The notes below the pieces were generated by a model. It made no database searches, was not told the origin of the DNA, and worked only from the letters and a program-made list of their open reading frames with translations. A stretch of DNA of 64,000 nt from an uncultured Christensenella sp. (GTDB lineage Bacteria; Bacillota; Clostridia; Christensenellales; CAG-917), in the NCBI GenBank assembly GCA_910577815.1, contig CAJTNO010000002.1, positions 192,985 through 256,984 of the forward strand. Reading direction: 5' to 3'. Below, piece after piece: positions 9,631 to 24,600 of the stretch. The position numbers and the translations under genes were made by a program. Numbering within the stretch: position 1 is the stretch's first letter; every line of letters begins with the position of its first letter.

Positions 9631-12600
9631 CTTATCGATTATTTCCGCCTCAGCCGACTCGTCGAAGCCGATAAGTCTGTTGGACTCGACCTTGTTGCCG
9701 TCCGCATAAGGAGTTATGCGCAGCATAAAGAAGTCCCAGGCTTCCTCGATATTGGCGGTATGTCCGGTAATGTTGTACTGTCCCATATTGGTATTGGGAG
9801 CCTTGAGGTACTGCATACTGGTGCCTGCGCCGTTCTTTCTGCCGTTTACCATAAGCTCGATAGCTCTGATGCCGGGCGACATATCGGAGCTCGCATTCAA
9901 GCCGTATTCGGACGGACTCGGATTGAGGTCGATATAGATATTGGCGCTCGGGTTAATATCGCCCACTGCGAAGGGCAGAGGCAGAATACCCGCGATAATT
10001 CTCGACAGGTCCTGAATGTTAGGACCGATAATACCCGCCAGCTTCCAGCCGAACAGCGAGGTACCGTCGTCCCAGATGCTGTTTGCGCCGACAACGGGCA
10101 AATCCTTTGCCGCGCCGTATGCGACGTCGCGCAGTATCCACTTGATAAGCGCATACGGAAGCGCACGCATATACGGTTCGAGGAATTTAACCTTTGCCTC
10201 GGTGGTCGCGTTCTTCTTTACGTAGTTGGTATCGAGCTCCTGAAGCACCTCGGTAGCGGTCTTGATAGACAGATACTTTCCGCTCGGGTCGGTACCCGCG
10301 TCGCCGTTACTGTTGTTTATGCCGACGGAAGTAGGATTGATGAAGTAATTCTGCACGCCGCCGCTGCTTGGATGGCTGTTCATCGTACTCATAAGATTGA
10401 GCAGTATGCAGTCAATCATAATCATAAGTTCGTTGAACGCCTGCTTGCCGAACTCTATCTTGATAGAAATGAGTCCCGCATCGCGCTGAATTGCCGACAT
10501 TCCGCTGTAGTAAGGCTGATATCCGTGTCTCGAGCTCAGGTTAAGCTCGAGCTTATTGATAAGTCCCTCGAGATTGGGAGTATACGAATAGGATGAAGTA
10601 CCGTCGCCGTTATCCGTCCAGTTGTCCGTAGTGTCGTATCTGTCGCTCGCGCTCGGATACTTGTAGGAGCCGTCGTCGCCGTCGGTGCCCGTAGCAAGCT
10701 TAAGCGGGAACATATCGGGAGCCATAGAACCCAAATCCAGGAACTTAAGGAAGTCGGATATAGCGCCCTGCGCCGCCTCGGCAAGACCTGTAAGTTTAAC
10801 GGGGATACCGGTTACGAATACGTTGTTTCCGCCTACGATAATCTTAAGCGTATCCATATCCTTGGTATAGCGGCTGTTATTTTCGGGCAGAAGCGCAAGG
10901 AACAGCTTATATCCCTTTCCGCCCGCGCTTGTATCGTCGGGATGCGTGTTGTCAAATCTCTTTTGTCCCGTCAGCGTTATCTTGGAGCGCTGATTGAGAA
11001 CCTGGAAGTATCCGACGTCGCCGTAACCGCTTGCGTTACCGCCGACAACGTTCATAACCTTATTCTGAATTTCTATGCTCGCATTGAGGTCGAGGTTGTC
11101 GAGGATGTTCTGGACAAGCGACATCATACCCGCGGTATTGGACATCGTAAGTCCGGCGTAACCCGTCTTAACCTCCTGAGCTGTGGCTGCGCTGTCGAAT
11201 GCGGCGGTTCCTATTGTAAGCTCAATCGGATTGACCGCAATGGCAATGGACGAGCCGACGCTGTCGAGTATGGATTCGAGTCTCATACCGCTTATTCCGT
11301 TATCGCCGAACATCAGCGACAGCGTCGCGTTTTGAATGTTGGGCAGGTTGAAGCCGAGCTTTACGTTAAGCAGAGCGAGTATAGCGTTGAACAGACCGGT
11401 ATCGAAGGAGAACTCGAGCTTATCGTTTTCAATATTGATATTGAGCGCGATAGGAGTCGCCTCGCTACCCGTCGAAGCGTCGGGAGTGCCGTCGGCATTG
11501 GTTTCGCCGTCCGCCTCGGTGCTTGCGTCGGCAACGGTATTAGCCTCGTCGCCGTCGTAGCCGTACGAGCCGCCGAGTATGCCCGCCACGCCCTGGAACT
11601 TGATTTTGCCGAGTCCGAGGCTTGTAGCGTCGATGTAAATGGCGTCGGACATAATATCGCCGTCCGAGCCTACCTCATAGCTGCCGGTGGTCTGATTGTA
11701 CTTGAGTCTGGACGAACCGAGATAGTAAATACTAATCAGCTTCTTGTTGAGCGGATAGCCCATAGACACGTCTATGGAAATATCGCTGTAGAGTATACCC
11801 GCAAGACCGTAAAGAATTACGGAGCCGAGGTTGATATTGGCTTTGAGGTCGATTACGAGATTTATACTTTCGTTTGCGCTGCCGAAGGTAAAGGATGTAA
11901 GCGCCGACTGGAAGTAATGCGTAGCATTGCGCCAATTAGTCTCCTCGACGTATCTCTTGTTAGCGCTGTCGTACTTGTACATCTTGCCCTGATAGAATTC
12001 TCTGTCCGCAAGCGTCATATTTCCGGAATCGCCGAATTTCTTATAATTGCCGAATGCGTCAACGCCGCTGAGCAGAGAACCGAGCAGCTCGTCGCCAAGC
12101 CACGCCGCAAAGCTGTCGTCATAGCCCGCGTCGCCTCTTGCGAGACCTCTGGAGGTCACCTGAACGGTTATTCCCATATGAGCGCCGACCGTAGGCAGTG
12201 TGAGCGCGTTGATAAGGTCTACCTCCTCTCCGTTGACAATAGCCTCAAGGTCGATAGAGCCGAGCGATACGTATTTGCTCTGGTCGCCGATAATACCCGA
12301 AATAACTCTCTTGCCGTTCTCCACGTCCTTGGTGATTGTGGGCATATCGAGGTCGAGCGTCATATACAACGCGTCGCTGAAGCGCATATTAAGGCTAATC
12401 TTTGTATGGTCGGTAGTCGGGTCGGTGCCGATATGCAGCAGCCAGTCGCCGAGGTCGGGCAGCAGATTTTCAACCTTCTCGCCGCGGATTTGCATAATCT
12501 TCTTATACACTGCGTTGATAAGGTCTGCGTTGAGCTGCAAGAGTACCTCGTGCGGACGGAACAGAAGCATAATGTACTCCCAATCCATCATATTGCTCTC

Positions 12601-15600
12601 GATGATGTCAATCTCATCCTTGGCTGCAGTGCCTGCCTCATCGTTTGCAAGACCGCCGTTGTCAACCGCGCCGATAAGCTTACCGAGCGAGTTTTTAATC
12701 AGAGAGTTTACGTTTACGCCCTCGAGCTTTACCTTTGCGGTTTCGCCGAGGAGACCGCTGAGGTCGACGTAAATGCTGTCGTCAAGCAGATATATGCCGA
12801 ACAGAGTTGAATAGGAATTGCTCTTTGCCGCGTACTTCTGAAGCTTGAGCGAAAGCGCGGCTTCCCAATTCTCAAAGTCGATGACCGCGTTGAGGTCAAG
12901 CTTGAGGAACGCTCCGTCGTCGCGTCCGAGCTCATTGGTGATGTTCACCTTAAAGTCGGAGTTTCCGATGTTTGCGGTAGGAGCAAGAAGCTCTAACAGC
13001 AGGTCGAGCACCTCGCTCATATCTATGGTATTATCCTGACCTGCCGCGCCGCTTCCGTACAGCGAGACGTCTATGCTCATATTGAGATATGCCTTCATAC
13101 TGTGGATTTCGACAAACTTGCTTTCGTCTATCGTATCCTTAACGCCGTCGCCGTCGGTGTCCTCGCCGAATTTCTCCTCCTTGCTTACGGAGAAATCCTT
13201 ATTTATTCTCACATACAAATCGTGCAGACTTGCCGAGAGGCTGAAGTCGCCCATCGCAATGTACAGTCCGTTGCCCGCGGCGTTCTTTACAAACTCGCCT
13301 GTTGCGGGAACGTAATCGAAGGTCTCGCCCTCCCAGGTCGGGTAAGCGTACGCCTTGAGCACGTAGTTGTCGCTGGAGATATAAACGTATGTGTTTGCAT
13401 TGTCCGTGGAGGTTGTCACGCTGTAGGTGCCGTCCTCGTTCTTGGCAAACCTCGTGCCCGACCAATCGGAATAGGTAACGCCGTCGATGCAATACTTGCC
13501 GTTTTTACCGAACATTTCGTTGTATCTCTGAACGGTGATATAGTAATCCTCTCCGACCTTAAAGCCGAAGTTGATGTCCACGCTCGGGGAATTGCCCGAG
13601 AAGTTGATAGTAATTCCGCTCGTATCGCTATCGTTTGTGGTATACAGTTTGGGCAGGAACTCCGCAACGCTGTTGAGAATCTCGCTGTCGGAATTTATAA
13701 GTATCTTCAAGAGGTCTGCAAGCAGGCTCTCGTTAAGTCCGACGGTTATGAAATCGCTGGAGAGAAGCAATCTGCCGAGCAGCACGTTAAGCGTACCCCA
13801 GATACCCTCGGGCAGCATACCCGTATTTACGATGTCGTCGTCAAGCGCCTTATCCGCCGCGGCAATCGCCTCGGCTACAGAGGTTGCGCTCGCGCTTCCG
13901 AGCAGAGGCGCAAGGTCGAAGCCGTCAAGCTTGCCGTAGGAGAAGAAGTTGCCAAAGCCTATCAGCTCGCCTATTTCCGCCATATCGAGATATGCGTCGA
14001 GCTTTCCGCCGTTGATTTCAAACCACAGGCGGCTGGTCGCGGGATTTTTGTGCAGTCCCGTCTGATAGGTAATTTCCACATACGCTTTAATGCCGTCAAG
14101 AACATCCAAGATGTTGATTGTCTTATCGGGGTCGTTATTGGTAAGTATGGCAACTATATTCTGCGTGGGCAGATAAACGTTGATGCTTGCGTTAAGCGAT
14201 ACCTTGCTGTTGGTTTCGGTCTTATTGCCTTCGTTCTCGATATACTCGAGGGAGGCAATCAGGAAGTACAGATATTCGGTTATCGTACTGTCGTCGATAA
14301 ACTTAGTCATCTGATACGCCCAGTTGATGATGTTGCTTACCTTAAGCGTGAGGTCGAGTGTTACGCCGAATTCAACCGACTTGAAGTCGCCGAGCATATC
14401 CGCAATGCTTACGTTTGAAAGCTTGCTCAGGTCAATAGTCATCGCCTTCGTATAGCCCTTGAAATCACCCGAAAGTATATACGCCTTTTCGCCCGCGTAC
14501 TTGTCCGCTTCAACCGCGCTTGTATAACCGTCGCCGTCCTCGTCGATGGGCATATAAGCCGCGCCGTCAACGTTTACCGCGAGGGGATTTGTAAGCTCGC
14601 CCGTTCTTGCAAGTCTGTATTGCAGCTTACCCTTGCCTGTATAGCCGGCAAGCGACCTCTTGTCAACCTTGATATAGTCAAACTCGGGGTCAACCGCATA
14701 AAGCTCGCCGCGGAAGCTTGCAAACGTCTCCGTATTGCAGATGTCGCGGTAGCTTGCGGACTTGAACTTGGTTTCAACCTCGTTTATGGGTTTATATGCG
14801 TCGCCGACCTTTACGTAAAGCATTCCCTTGAACTCGCCCGTATCATAGCGGTTGTCGTGGTCGGAGCCGAACGCAAATCTTGCCTCGGGCAGTATTTCCT
14901 TTGCGGAATAGCCGTCGTGCGAGTAACGCTGAGACGGACCGTTGTACACGTCGTAGCGCGTGCCGTCGTAATCACCCGAAATTAGCTCGAAGCTGCCGTC
15001 GTCAAGTTTCTTATAATTGCCATTTTCGGTTTCGTAGTACTCCACGCCGTCGGCGCTGTTCTTGTAAAGACGGATGATGTTGCCGAGGTCGTAGTTTCTT
15101 GCATACTCGCCCTTGCTGTCAAGGTGGAAGTTTGCGTTGTTGAATATATCGCCGCCGTCGAATTCGCTCTCGGGACCGAATGCGATAGATGACGAGGTTT
15201 CCGTTCCGTTCAAGCCCTCGAACTTAAGACCTACGTCGATAACGGGTCTTGAGCCGTCCTCGTTAAAGAGGAGCGCGCCAACCGTAAGGTCATAAGGATT
15301 AAAGCCGACCTTTACGTATGCTCTGAAGTTGGGCAGAACGTCGGTAATGGAGGACGAATCCGCCATAAGCTCGTTGAGCAGAACCCTGAGGAAGCCCGAG
15401 GTTACGTTTACGGCAATGGCGTTTGTAAAGATATTGAGGTAAGCCGTGGTAACGTCGGGAGACTGTACGTCCTTATCTATTCTGTCGTTGCGCGCAACGG
15501 GAAGCGCCTCGTCGTTATCCATAGAGTTGTTGCCGAGAAGTCCCGCAAGAACGTCCTCTATGGAGTGCTTGGAGAGGTCGACGTAAATCTTTGCGTCCGC

Positions 15601-18600
15601 GCCGAGTATCCAGGACAGGTCTACGTACAGACCTGCGCTGCCTGTAGCGGCGTTGCGGTCGTAGTAGATGCCGAGGATATGCGCAAGAGAACCGTTTTCA
15701 AGCTCGCCCTCGTAATTTCCGTTCTGTCTGTCTTCGGGAGACACATAACCGCCGCCCGCAAGCTTATCGCGCTGCTGTAACCAGGCGTCTATCGCTATGT
15801 CGAGGTCGCGCACGTTGAGCTTGAAGGGGCTGATTGTCAGGTCGAAGCACAGATTTATACGTACGGAGAGATAGATATTTAAGGAATCTCCCTCCTGCAA
15901 CTGAAGCACTGCCTTCATATTGCCGAATATGCCGCTGAGCACCTGTCCCAACTGCTCCTTGACTCCGTCATAGTCCTCGCTGAGGCTTGAGTTTGCCCAA
16001 ACGTACAGATGACCGCCTGCCATAAGGCTTTCAATCTCCGCGCCGTCCTTAACCTGTACGTATTCGCCGCGCTGTATCTTGTATCCGAGACCGTTGTCCT
16101 TGATAAAGGCAAGCATATCGGCGTCGCTCAGCTCATTTTCGCCAAGAAGATTGTTAATCTGGCTGTAAAGCTGCTTGTACTCGCCGTAGGGGAAGAACAT
16201 TCTGCCCGCCTCTACGTAGAGGTGCGCGCGCAAATCCAAGGACAGATAGAACAGCTCGCCGATGGATACGTAATTCTTGTACTTGTAATTCTCGTATTTC
16301 TCGTCGTTCTCGAAATCGGGACGCGTAATGAAGCCCTGACGCATAGCGCGTACGTAGTAATCGTCGTACTTATCTACGTCCTCGGGCGCGATTAACACCT
16401 TCTTGCCCGCGTCGTACATATCGCGTCTGTACATATACTGACGCTGTACCTTTGCGTAAGAGGTGCCCGTCTGCACGTAGTATTCCTTAGTGCCGTTTGC
16501 AATCTCCTCGAGGTAATTGGGTATTACACCGTCGGTAACAGCAGGCTTGAAGGTACCCTGCGCGTTCATAATCATAAGGGTGTCTGCGGTTATCGGATAG
16601 TACTTGGTTTCAAACTTCTCTTTTCCGGTATCCTCGTCCTTTACAGGCTCCTTTACCGAGTAGTAACGCGGATTCGCGTCATACCTGGCAGGCGAGAACG
16701 CTCCGCTTTCGTAGTAGTCCGAAATCCAGGAATAGGTTCCGTCGCTCTCCTTATCCTCGCTCGAATAGAGATACTGCGGCACGTCGCGGTAGCGCACGCT
16801 GTCGGGATACTGAGAAATAATCTCGTAAAGATTTCTTTCCTCCTCGGTTGCGGTGCCTGCTAAAATCTTATCCTTAAGCTCTTTGACGTTTACATAGTTG
16901 AACTTTTCCACGCCGAACTCGGGGAAGTTTACGCCGAGCGAAATCTGATAATTCCACAGGTACAGGTCGAGCGTGATAAAGGGATATCTTGAGTCAAGCT
17001 TCTCAACGCAATAGAGGTCCTCCGCTCCGACCGTGGTATAGAACTTGCCGTCCTCGGTGGGAATATCCGAAGAATCCAAGGACGTATCCGACAGGATGTA
17101 AAGCACGGGAACGTCTATACCGTAGTGCTGAAGCGCAAGCGCGTTCTTTTCGGCACGTCTAATCTGAATATCGCTTGCAGTGCTGTAAAGCACAAACGAA
17201 TTTATTACGTTGCCGCTTGCGTCGGTGTCGATAATCCTGATATATACGGGCGCCGAGTTGACGTCGTAATAGGATTTTTCGCCCTTCTCTACCAGCTTAT
17301 CGTAATCTGACTTCTGACTTGCGGACATAACGGCGATGAGCTCGAAGGAGCCGTCCTCCGCCTTGAAGTACGTGCCGCGCTTGGACGCGCCCGCACCAGT
17401 GTATTCCGTAACGTTAAATCTGTAATGCGAGGCGGTCATTATTTCAACGACCTCCTTGCGTATCTTAACTCTTTCCTCCTCGGTCACGCTCGTATCGCTT
17501 GAATCGGGAATTCTCTCGACAAGCTCCTTGACGTTTACGTAAGCGTGCTTTGTCATATCCGAGTATATGGTAAGCGCCGGCTTATTTACAAACTTCTCCT
17601 CGTCGAACTTGATGGTGGTATCCTCGTCAAGCAGGAGCGCGAGAATGGAGTTGATAAAGTCGGGCTGAACAAGCAGCTGAATATATCTCGAAGTCACGCT
17701 GAAGCCGTAGACGAAGGTGCGGATATATCCGAGCAATTCGTCGTCCGTGATGAGCGGGAAGGTAATCTTGTTGTCCTCGTCCTCACTGTCGTCCGCGGAC
17801 GTTGCGGCTACGGACATAGCCTCGCCGTTTCCGCCGCCTACAAGACCGCCGAGCAGAGCGTCCACAAGAGTGTCAAGCTCGGAGCTGTCGATATAGATGC
17901 TCGGAACGTTGAAATAACTGAGGTCGATAGCGATACCGCCGTTGACGCGCTTATAGCCGCCGTTCTCATTGGGATAGCAGTAGTTTGCGTCAAACGAATA
18001 TCTCTTGTCGTCTTCGGCGAGAGGAGTGTCGTTTATGGGCTTATACTTGCCGTCCTTATCGAGATAATACGTGCCGTCCTTATTCTCGAAATAGTGGTCG
18101 AAGCGTTCGCTCGGGTCAACGTATTTCTCGCTTTCCTTGTCGTTCTTTTCCTCGTCGGTCATAATGACGAACGTACCGCCCATCATATAGATGCCGATTA
18201 TGTCGTGGAATTCCTTTTCGTTTCCGCCCTTTGTCTGAATAACCAGCTTAAGGTCGAAGAAGCTAATTATATCGGTCAGTATCTTAGACGCATTCTCGCC
18301 GAGAGCGTCGGCGTTTTCGATAAGCTTCTGAAGCAGCTCGATGGTATCGAACAGCGTCATTTCTCCCTCGAAGGCGTCCATACCGGAGTACTGAACAAGC
18401 TGAGTACGCGCATAGTTGACAAGCGCCATCATCTGCAAATCGAGAGTAACAACCGCCTGAATCTTACGGTTTACGTCGCCGCCGTCGTCCGCCTGCGAGA
18501 TAATCTTAATGAGGTTGTCCGCAGTGAGCGAGGGGATGAACGCGCTAATTACCGCGCTGAGGTCGATATCGTTATCCTCTCCCGTCTTAAAGGAGGTGGT

Positions 18601-21600
18601 AAGGTCAACCGTTTCGGAAAGGGTAATGCGGTCCATATCGCCGAAAGCGGTATAATCCTTAAGCTCCTCTCCGCTAAGCGTGTACTTTCTGGAGTTGGTA
18701 AACTCGGCGTTTACGTTGCAAATAGCAATCTTAAGCGAAAGGTCTACGTCGTACTTGCCGCCGTCGCCTACATAGCTGTTGTTTGCGGACGCGCCGGGAG
18801 TAAACGAATAGATTTCCTCGCCTGCATTGAGCGCAAACTCATCCTTACCCATATTCTCTTTGCCGTTTCCATCGCCGTCGAGCATAGGTCTGAGATACAG
18901 CTTCTTGGTATCCTCGTTATACAGAACTCTGTACTTGACGTAGGTGGTTCCGTTTACGATATCGTCGGGCTTGGCAACGCGCACATATGTACCGTCGTCG
19001 CCCTTGACGTAATAACCGCGCTGTCCGCCCTCAACCGCGGGTCTGAACGCAAAGTATTTGGTCTGATTGGTAAGACTCTGAATATCTCTTATAATCTGCT
19101 GCTCGTCGTAGCTGTCGCCCTGCTCGGTAGCGTCCGCAACCTTGTTGTAGCGTCCGCCTACGAGACCTAGCGCGATAAGCACCTCGAGGTCGATACTTTC
19201 GGAGGTATCGAGCTTGACCTGAAGATTGGTATTTATCTCGTCATAGAACAGGTCCTTGAGATTGAAGCCGAGCGAGCTTGTGTCAATGAGCTCCAAAATG
19301 GTATGGAACATCTTATTTCCGAGCGCAATGGTAAGCAAATCCTTATTAAAGAGTATAGCAAGCGCAAGGTCTCTGTTGGTAAAGTCTGCGTCGCCGACTG
19401 CGCCGGTAGTGCCGTCTGCGCCGAGAACAGCGTCGTTTGCGGAGCCTGCGGTAAGAGCCTCGCCGCTGCTTACGCCGTTATTAACGGAGCCTGCAACGAA
19501 GGGCTTGCCTAAGCCGAGCAAATCGAAGATGCTGTTTATAAGGTCGGTCGCTCCGATATCGGACATACTCATCTTGGGGATGTTGAAGGTATCCGAAAGG
19601 TCGAGGTAAACGCCTCTGCCGAAGTAATAGATGCCCGCCCATTTCGCGTCATAACCGGATTCGGTCACGGCAAACAGCTCAATCGCAAGCTCGGAGTTGG
19701 AAAGGTCGCCCATATCGAGCATAAGCGAGAAGTCGAGTCTGAAGTGCGCGGACGAATAGCCCTTGGAGGTCGTGGGCATTTCGATTCTCACGCCCGCGAT
19801 ATTGCCGAGGATACCCGCGACAATCTGACCGAAGTCGATTGCGCCCTCGGTAACGCCGAAGTCGAGGTCGATAGAGAAGCCTATCGTGACAATCGTATCG
19901 GTAAACGGATTGACCGCAACCTGCTTAACCGTATTCTTTTCTGTTTCGGTAAGGGTTTCGTACAGCTCTCTGGAATACTCCTCGTAATCGCCGTTGTCAA
20001 GCTTTACGGTATGACCAACCTCGTCGCGTATGTAATCGGGAAGCAAATCTATGCCGCTTCCGAGGTCAACGTCGAGACGTCCGAGCTTTAAGCCCATACT
20101 GAGGCAGCCTGCGGTGAGGTCAACCGCAACCATAAAGTCCTCAAGCGCGCTGTAATTGATAATTTCGCGGTAGAATTCTCCGCCTGTTTCCTTCACGTAG
20201 CCGTATTTGCGCATACGCAATGCGGTTACCTTGCGGTAGGAGCCGTTATAGTGAATATAGCGGACGTCGTTCTGAGCTTCGTCATATACGAACATATCCG
20301 ATTTATAGTAGTCGTCGCCCACCTTTTCGTACAGGTCGTAGGACTTAAGGCTTACGGTTGCGCCGCTGCCCTCCGCCACGACATAGTAGTTTTTGTCCGC
20401 CTTCTGAGCCTTGACTACGCGCAGAACCTCCAATTTCAGTCCTGCTTCGTCAACGTAGTATGTGATACCCGCGTCGGGGTTATAACCGTCGGTCACCTTG
20501 TCGTAAGTGCCGTTTTCGTTCTTTACATACAGACTGGTATACGACGGATAGTACTTGCTTACGCCGTTTACCATTGCTACATAGTAGTCCTCAAGCTCTA
20601 CTGCGTGAACGGGAGACGGGTCGGTATAGTAATTATATCTCTCGTCGTTCCATTCCGTATCCCACTTATCCTTTTCGGCAGGGTCCTTGATTTCGGACAC
20701 TCTCTTATACTGCACCTCGCCGAGCTCCACGCCGACGGACAGCTCGAGAATATCGAACACTTCCTCGATAGAGCCGAGCTCGGGCATCAGAGTTGCCACG
20801 ATAAACGCAAGCAGCGAGCGTGTAAACTGGATTTGGAATGCCGTATCGGAATAAGCAAGAGCGATAATAGCGTCGCGCGAAAGCTTTTCGAGGTCCTGAG
20901 ACTCGCTGTCGTATTCGGTAGCGGTCAAAGCCTCGTCCGCCTGATTGGGCTTCGTAATGCCGTCGACAATACCGCCAATCTGGTCGATAAGCTCTCTGCC
21001 CTTGCTGACAAAGTTATCTATACGGGCATAGGACTCCGCATTGTTTACTATTTCGGTAGCGTCGATATAAAGCGAACCGCCGCTGAGATACAAGCCGCCG
21101 AGCACCTTAAACGCGCCGCTTCTGTATCTCTCGAAGTGTCCGTCGTCGCCGACCTTTACAAATTCTATGGCAAGCTCCATCTCGTCGATGTCGCTGTCCA
21201 GAATGAACTGACCTACGCTCTTGCCGCCGGCAAGTCCCAACAGGTCGAGCTTGGCAAGGTCCACGTTAAGAGCGATGTTGATGCCGATGCCGCCCGTAAA
21301 CTCGGACTGCGCCTGCAATTCGATAATCATATCGCCGAGCAGGTTTGCAACAAGACCGCCCGCGTTGTAGGTTTCGATGCCGTTGCTGTTGAAATACACC
21401 AAACCGCCGACCGCAAGATAGATATTCTGGTCATAGTACTGCGGTCTGTCCTGAATTGCATAGAAGCCGATGTTCTCAACGGCTTGCGGAACGTCCGCTT
21501 CGTCTTCCTTCGCCTTGGGCTTGAGTATTAGCTCCTCCTCGCGGCGGAAGCGTATTCCGTCGTCGGATGCGTCAGCCTGTACGTAAACTCCGGTTGCGAA

Positions 21601-24600
21601 ATCGTAGACATAGGTGCCTTCGTTATCCTGAATATAATTCAGATAATAGCCCTTTAAGTTGCCGTCCTTATCCGCCTTTACGGTCGCATATCTGCGGACA
21701 TATCTTTCGTCGTCCTTAAATTTGACGTTTCCTTTATCGTCGGGAGTCAGCTCGCCGTCGTTTATTGCGCGGAACATTCCGCCCAGCTTGACGTAATTGC
21801 CCGTCTTGGACTTATCAAATACGTAGTATATGCCGCCCTGTTCGAGCTTTTCGGTCTTTACGCGTGCATACGCGTCCTTCATAACCGCCTTGGGAGCGTA
21901 GAAATCAACGCCGTCGGCAGGGGTATACTTGATGGAGTAGCGCTGTTCCGTCGTATTTTCGGGAGCCTCTACGTAATTTCCGGTATTCTTATCGAATATA
22001 TATCCGCCGTTCTTATCGGCAACGTACTCGAAATAGCAGGGCTTTGCGTCCTTCATAACGAGGTTGCTTGCGACAGCATATCTGTCAACGCCGCCGATAG
22101 CCTTCTCCTCTTCCTTGATAAGACGGAATTCGCCGTTGACCTTGATGTAATCTCCGTCAGCCGCCTTTGTAAAGTAGTAGTAATTTCTGCCCTCTACTAT
22201 ATTCTCGACGTCAACCTTTTCGTACACGTCGGAATCCCTGTAGAAGCCGTTTATAATCGGCAGCAGATTTTCGATGTAGAGGTCGAGATTGATAAAGTCG
22301 TATCTGTCGTTCATAGACAGCACGCCTTCAAACGTATCGATGCTCATAAAGTCGAACTCAACGTCCAGACCGAGCATAATGTCAAACATAAAGCTGACGT
22401 TATTACCGTCGCTGCCCGCCGCCTGCTTATTGGCAAGCGCGGCAATCATTTCGAGAGTGAGCATCTCGCGTCCGCCTATATTGTTGGTCGGGCGCAGGAA
22501 CAGACCGGACCGCTCGTCGAGTACGGTAAGGTCGGAGGTCGGGTCGAAGTTAAACAGACTCTTAAGCAGCTCGTTAATCATATCGGGCTTGAAGTAAATG
22601 CCGAGGTAGTCGAGCTTGTTGGAGGAATTATCGCCGGGGAACCAGGGAGTGCCCTTTACGAGTATGCTCTTAACCATAATGTTGAGCACCTCGCCGAGCT
22701 TAGCGAGCAATTCGCTGTTATCGTCGGCTGTAGGCAGAGCCTCCTGCTTGCCGCCCTCGGTATCGTTTGCGCCGAACTTATCGAGCAAATCGAGCAAGCC
22801 TACGCTTAGCTTGGGACCGCCGACCGCTGAAGCGTCGATATACAAATCGCCTTCCACAAGATAGATATTGAGCTTGCGCTGACTGTTTGCACCGTCCTCG
22901 TATGTGAAATCTATGCTTACCGCAAGCTGCAAAGCATTTAGGATAGTTTGAGTATCGAATTTGATATTGTCAAAGCTGAAATCAGGCGAATCGACCTCGC
23001 TGAGCTTAAAGCCGAGAGTCTCGGTATTAAGACGGATTTGCGCGTCGATAAGCACGCCGTCTCTCATTGCGTCGTTAAGCAGAAGGTTAAGCCCTACGTG
23101 CTTGAGAAGCTCTCCGAGCGTAATGGAACCGTTTTCTCCTTTAAAGTGGATGATGGGAAGTCCGTAGGACAGTATACTGTCGAGAGCCTCCATATTGAGG
23201 ATGAGGTCAAGCGTTTCGTCAAACGCGAAGCCGTCGCGCACGTAAATGCCGCGCGGGTCCTGAATAAATCTGCCGTCCGACTTGTTGAGCGAATATCTGT
23301 CCTTAGCGGAATATGTCGCAAGACGGTTGGGGTCGTCTATGCGGATATACGTCGCGCTTGTCTTGTAGTCTAAAAGCAGGCTCACGTCAACCGCGAGAAT
23401 TCCCGCCTCGGGACGCTTGTTGAAATGGTCGCGCGCCACGTACTGCGGCAAACCGGTATGGTCCGCGTTGTCGGGATTGAATTCCACAAACTCGTGGGTT
23501 ACGGGGTCAAGCACGTACAGAACGTCGGTTTCGGACGGATTTTCCGCAAGAATGTAATCCTTCTTTGCAATAGCTTCCTTAAGCTCGTTTGCAACGTGCT
23601 TATAGGTTTCGCCGTCCTTGCCCGTTTCGATATGGAATGAGCCGAGCGTAAGTCCCAGCGAGAGAAGCTTGCTGTCGATGTCTATGGAAAGCTCGAGCTC
23701 GGGCGATACGCTGATGCTCGCATTCACGGACAAGCCGAGGTCAAGCGAGGATATAATCTCGTTGATATCCACGTCGTTATTCGCGTCCGAGCCGGCGGCG
23801 ATAGCCGCAATAAGTCCGAGCAGAACGTTTTGCGTAACAAGCAGACCGACCTTGCCGTCGGCAATGTCAAGCAGAATACGCATCTGCTCCTCGATGCTTG
23901 CAGAATCGGTATCGGCAGTAGCGACAGCCTCGTCGTCGCCGATATGTATCTTTCCTACCAGCTCGGAAATGAGCTTGGTAATGATATTTGCAATTCCTGT
24001 ATTTTCAATATATACAGCTTCCTTGCCGAGTCCGCCGAAATCGATATAAACGGTATTTCCGTCAATATAGATTGCCAGAATATTGGAGTGGTCTATCTCG
24101 TTTGCAAGTCTTAAAACAATCTTTGTTGACGCGGGGTCGGTAAGCGAAATATTTGCGCCTACTGTAAGCACGGGCTTATAGTGAACGGTATCCTTAAAGT
24201 CGATGCCGAGCTTAAGTCCGAGCTGCGGGAAAAGCACGTCGAGGTAATCCTCTATACGGATAGGCGCGTCCTGCTCCTTGATTTTCACGTCAAGCGCGAG
24301 CGACAGGTGCAGCGTAAGGTTGTCGAGGCTGTCGAGCCCCGCATACTTGCCGCTGTCGAAATTCTCCGCGCCGCCGGGAAGCACGCTGTCGTCGGTGCCG
24401 AGCCCGATGCGAATATCGGAGAGCGTCAATCCCATATACAGCGGGTCTACCTGCACCTTGAGCGCAAGCTCGTAGAACCAGTAGAACGCGAAATAGCTCT
24501 CGGTGCTGTTAAGCTTGATGAAATCGTCGGGAGCGATATTCTTGCCCGTAAGCAGATTTACGATAGTAGTTACAAGCGCTTCCGCAAAGTTGACCTTAAT

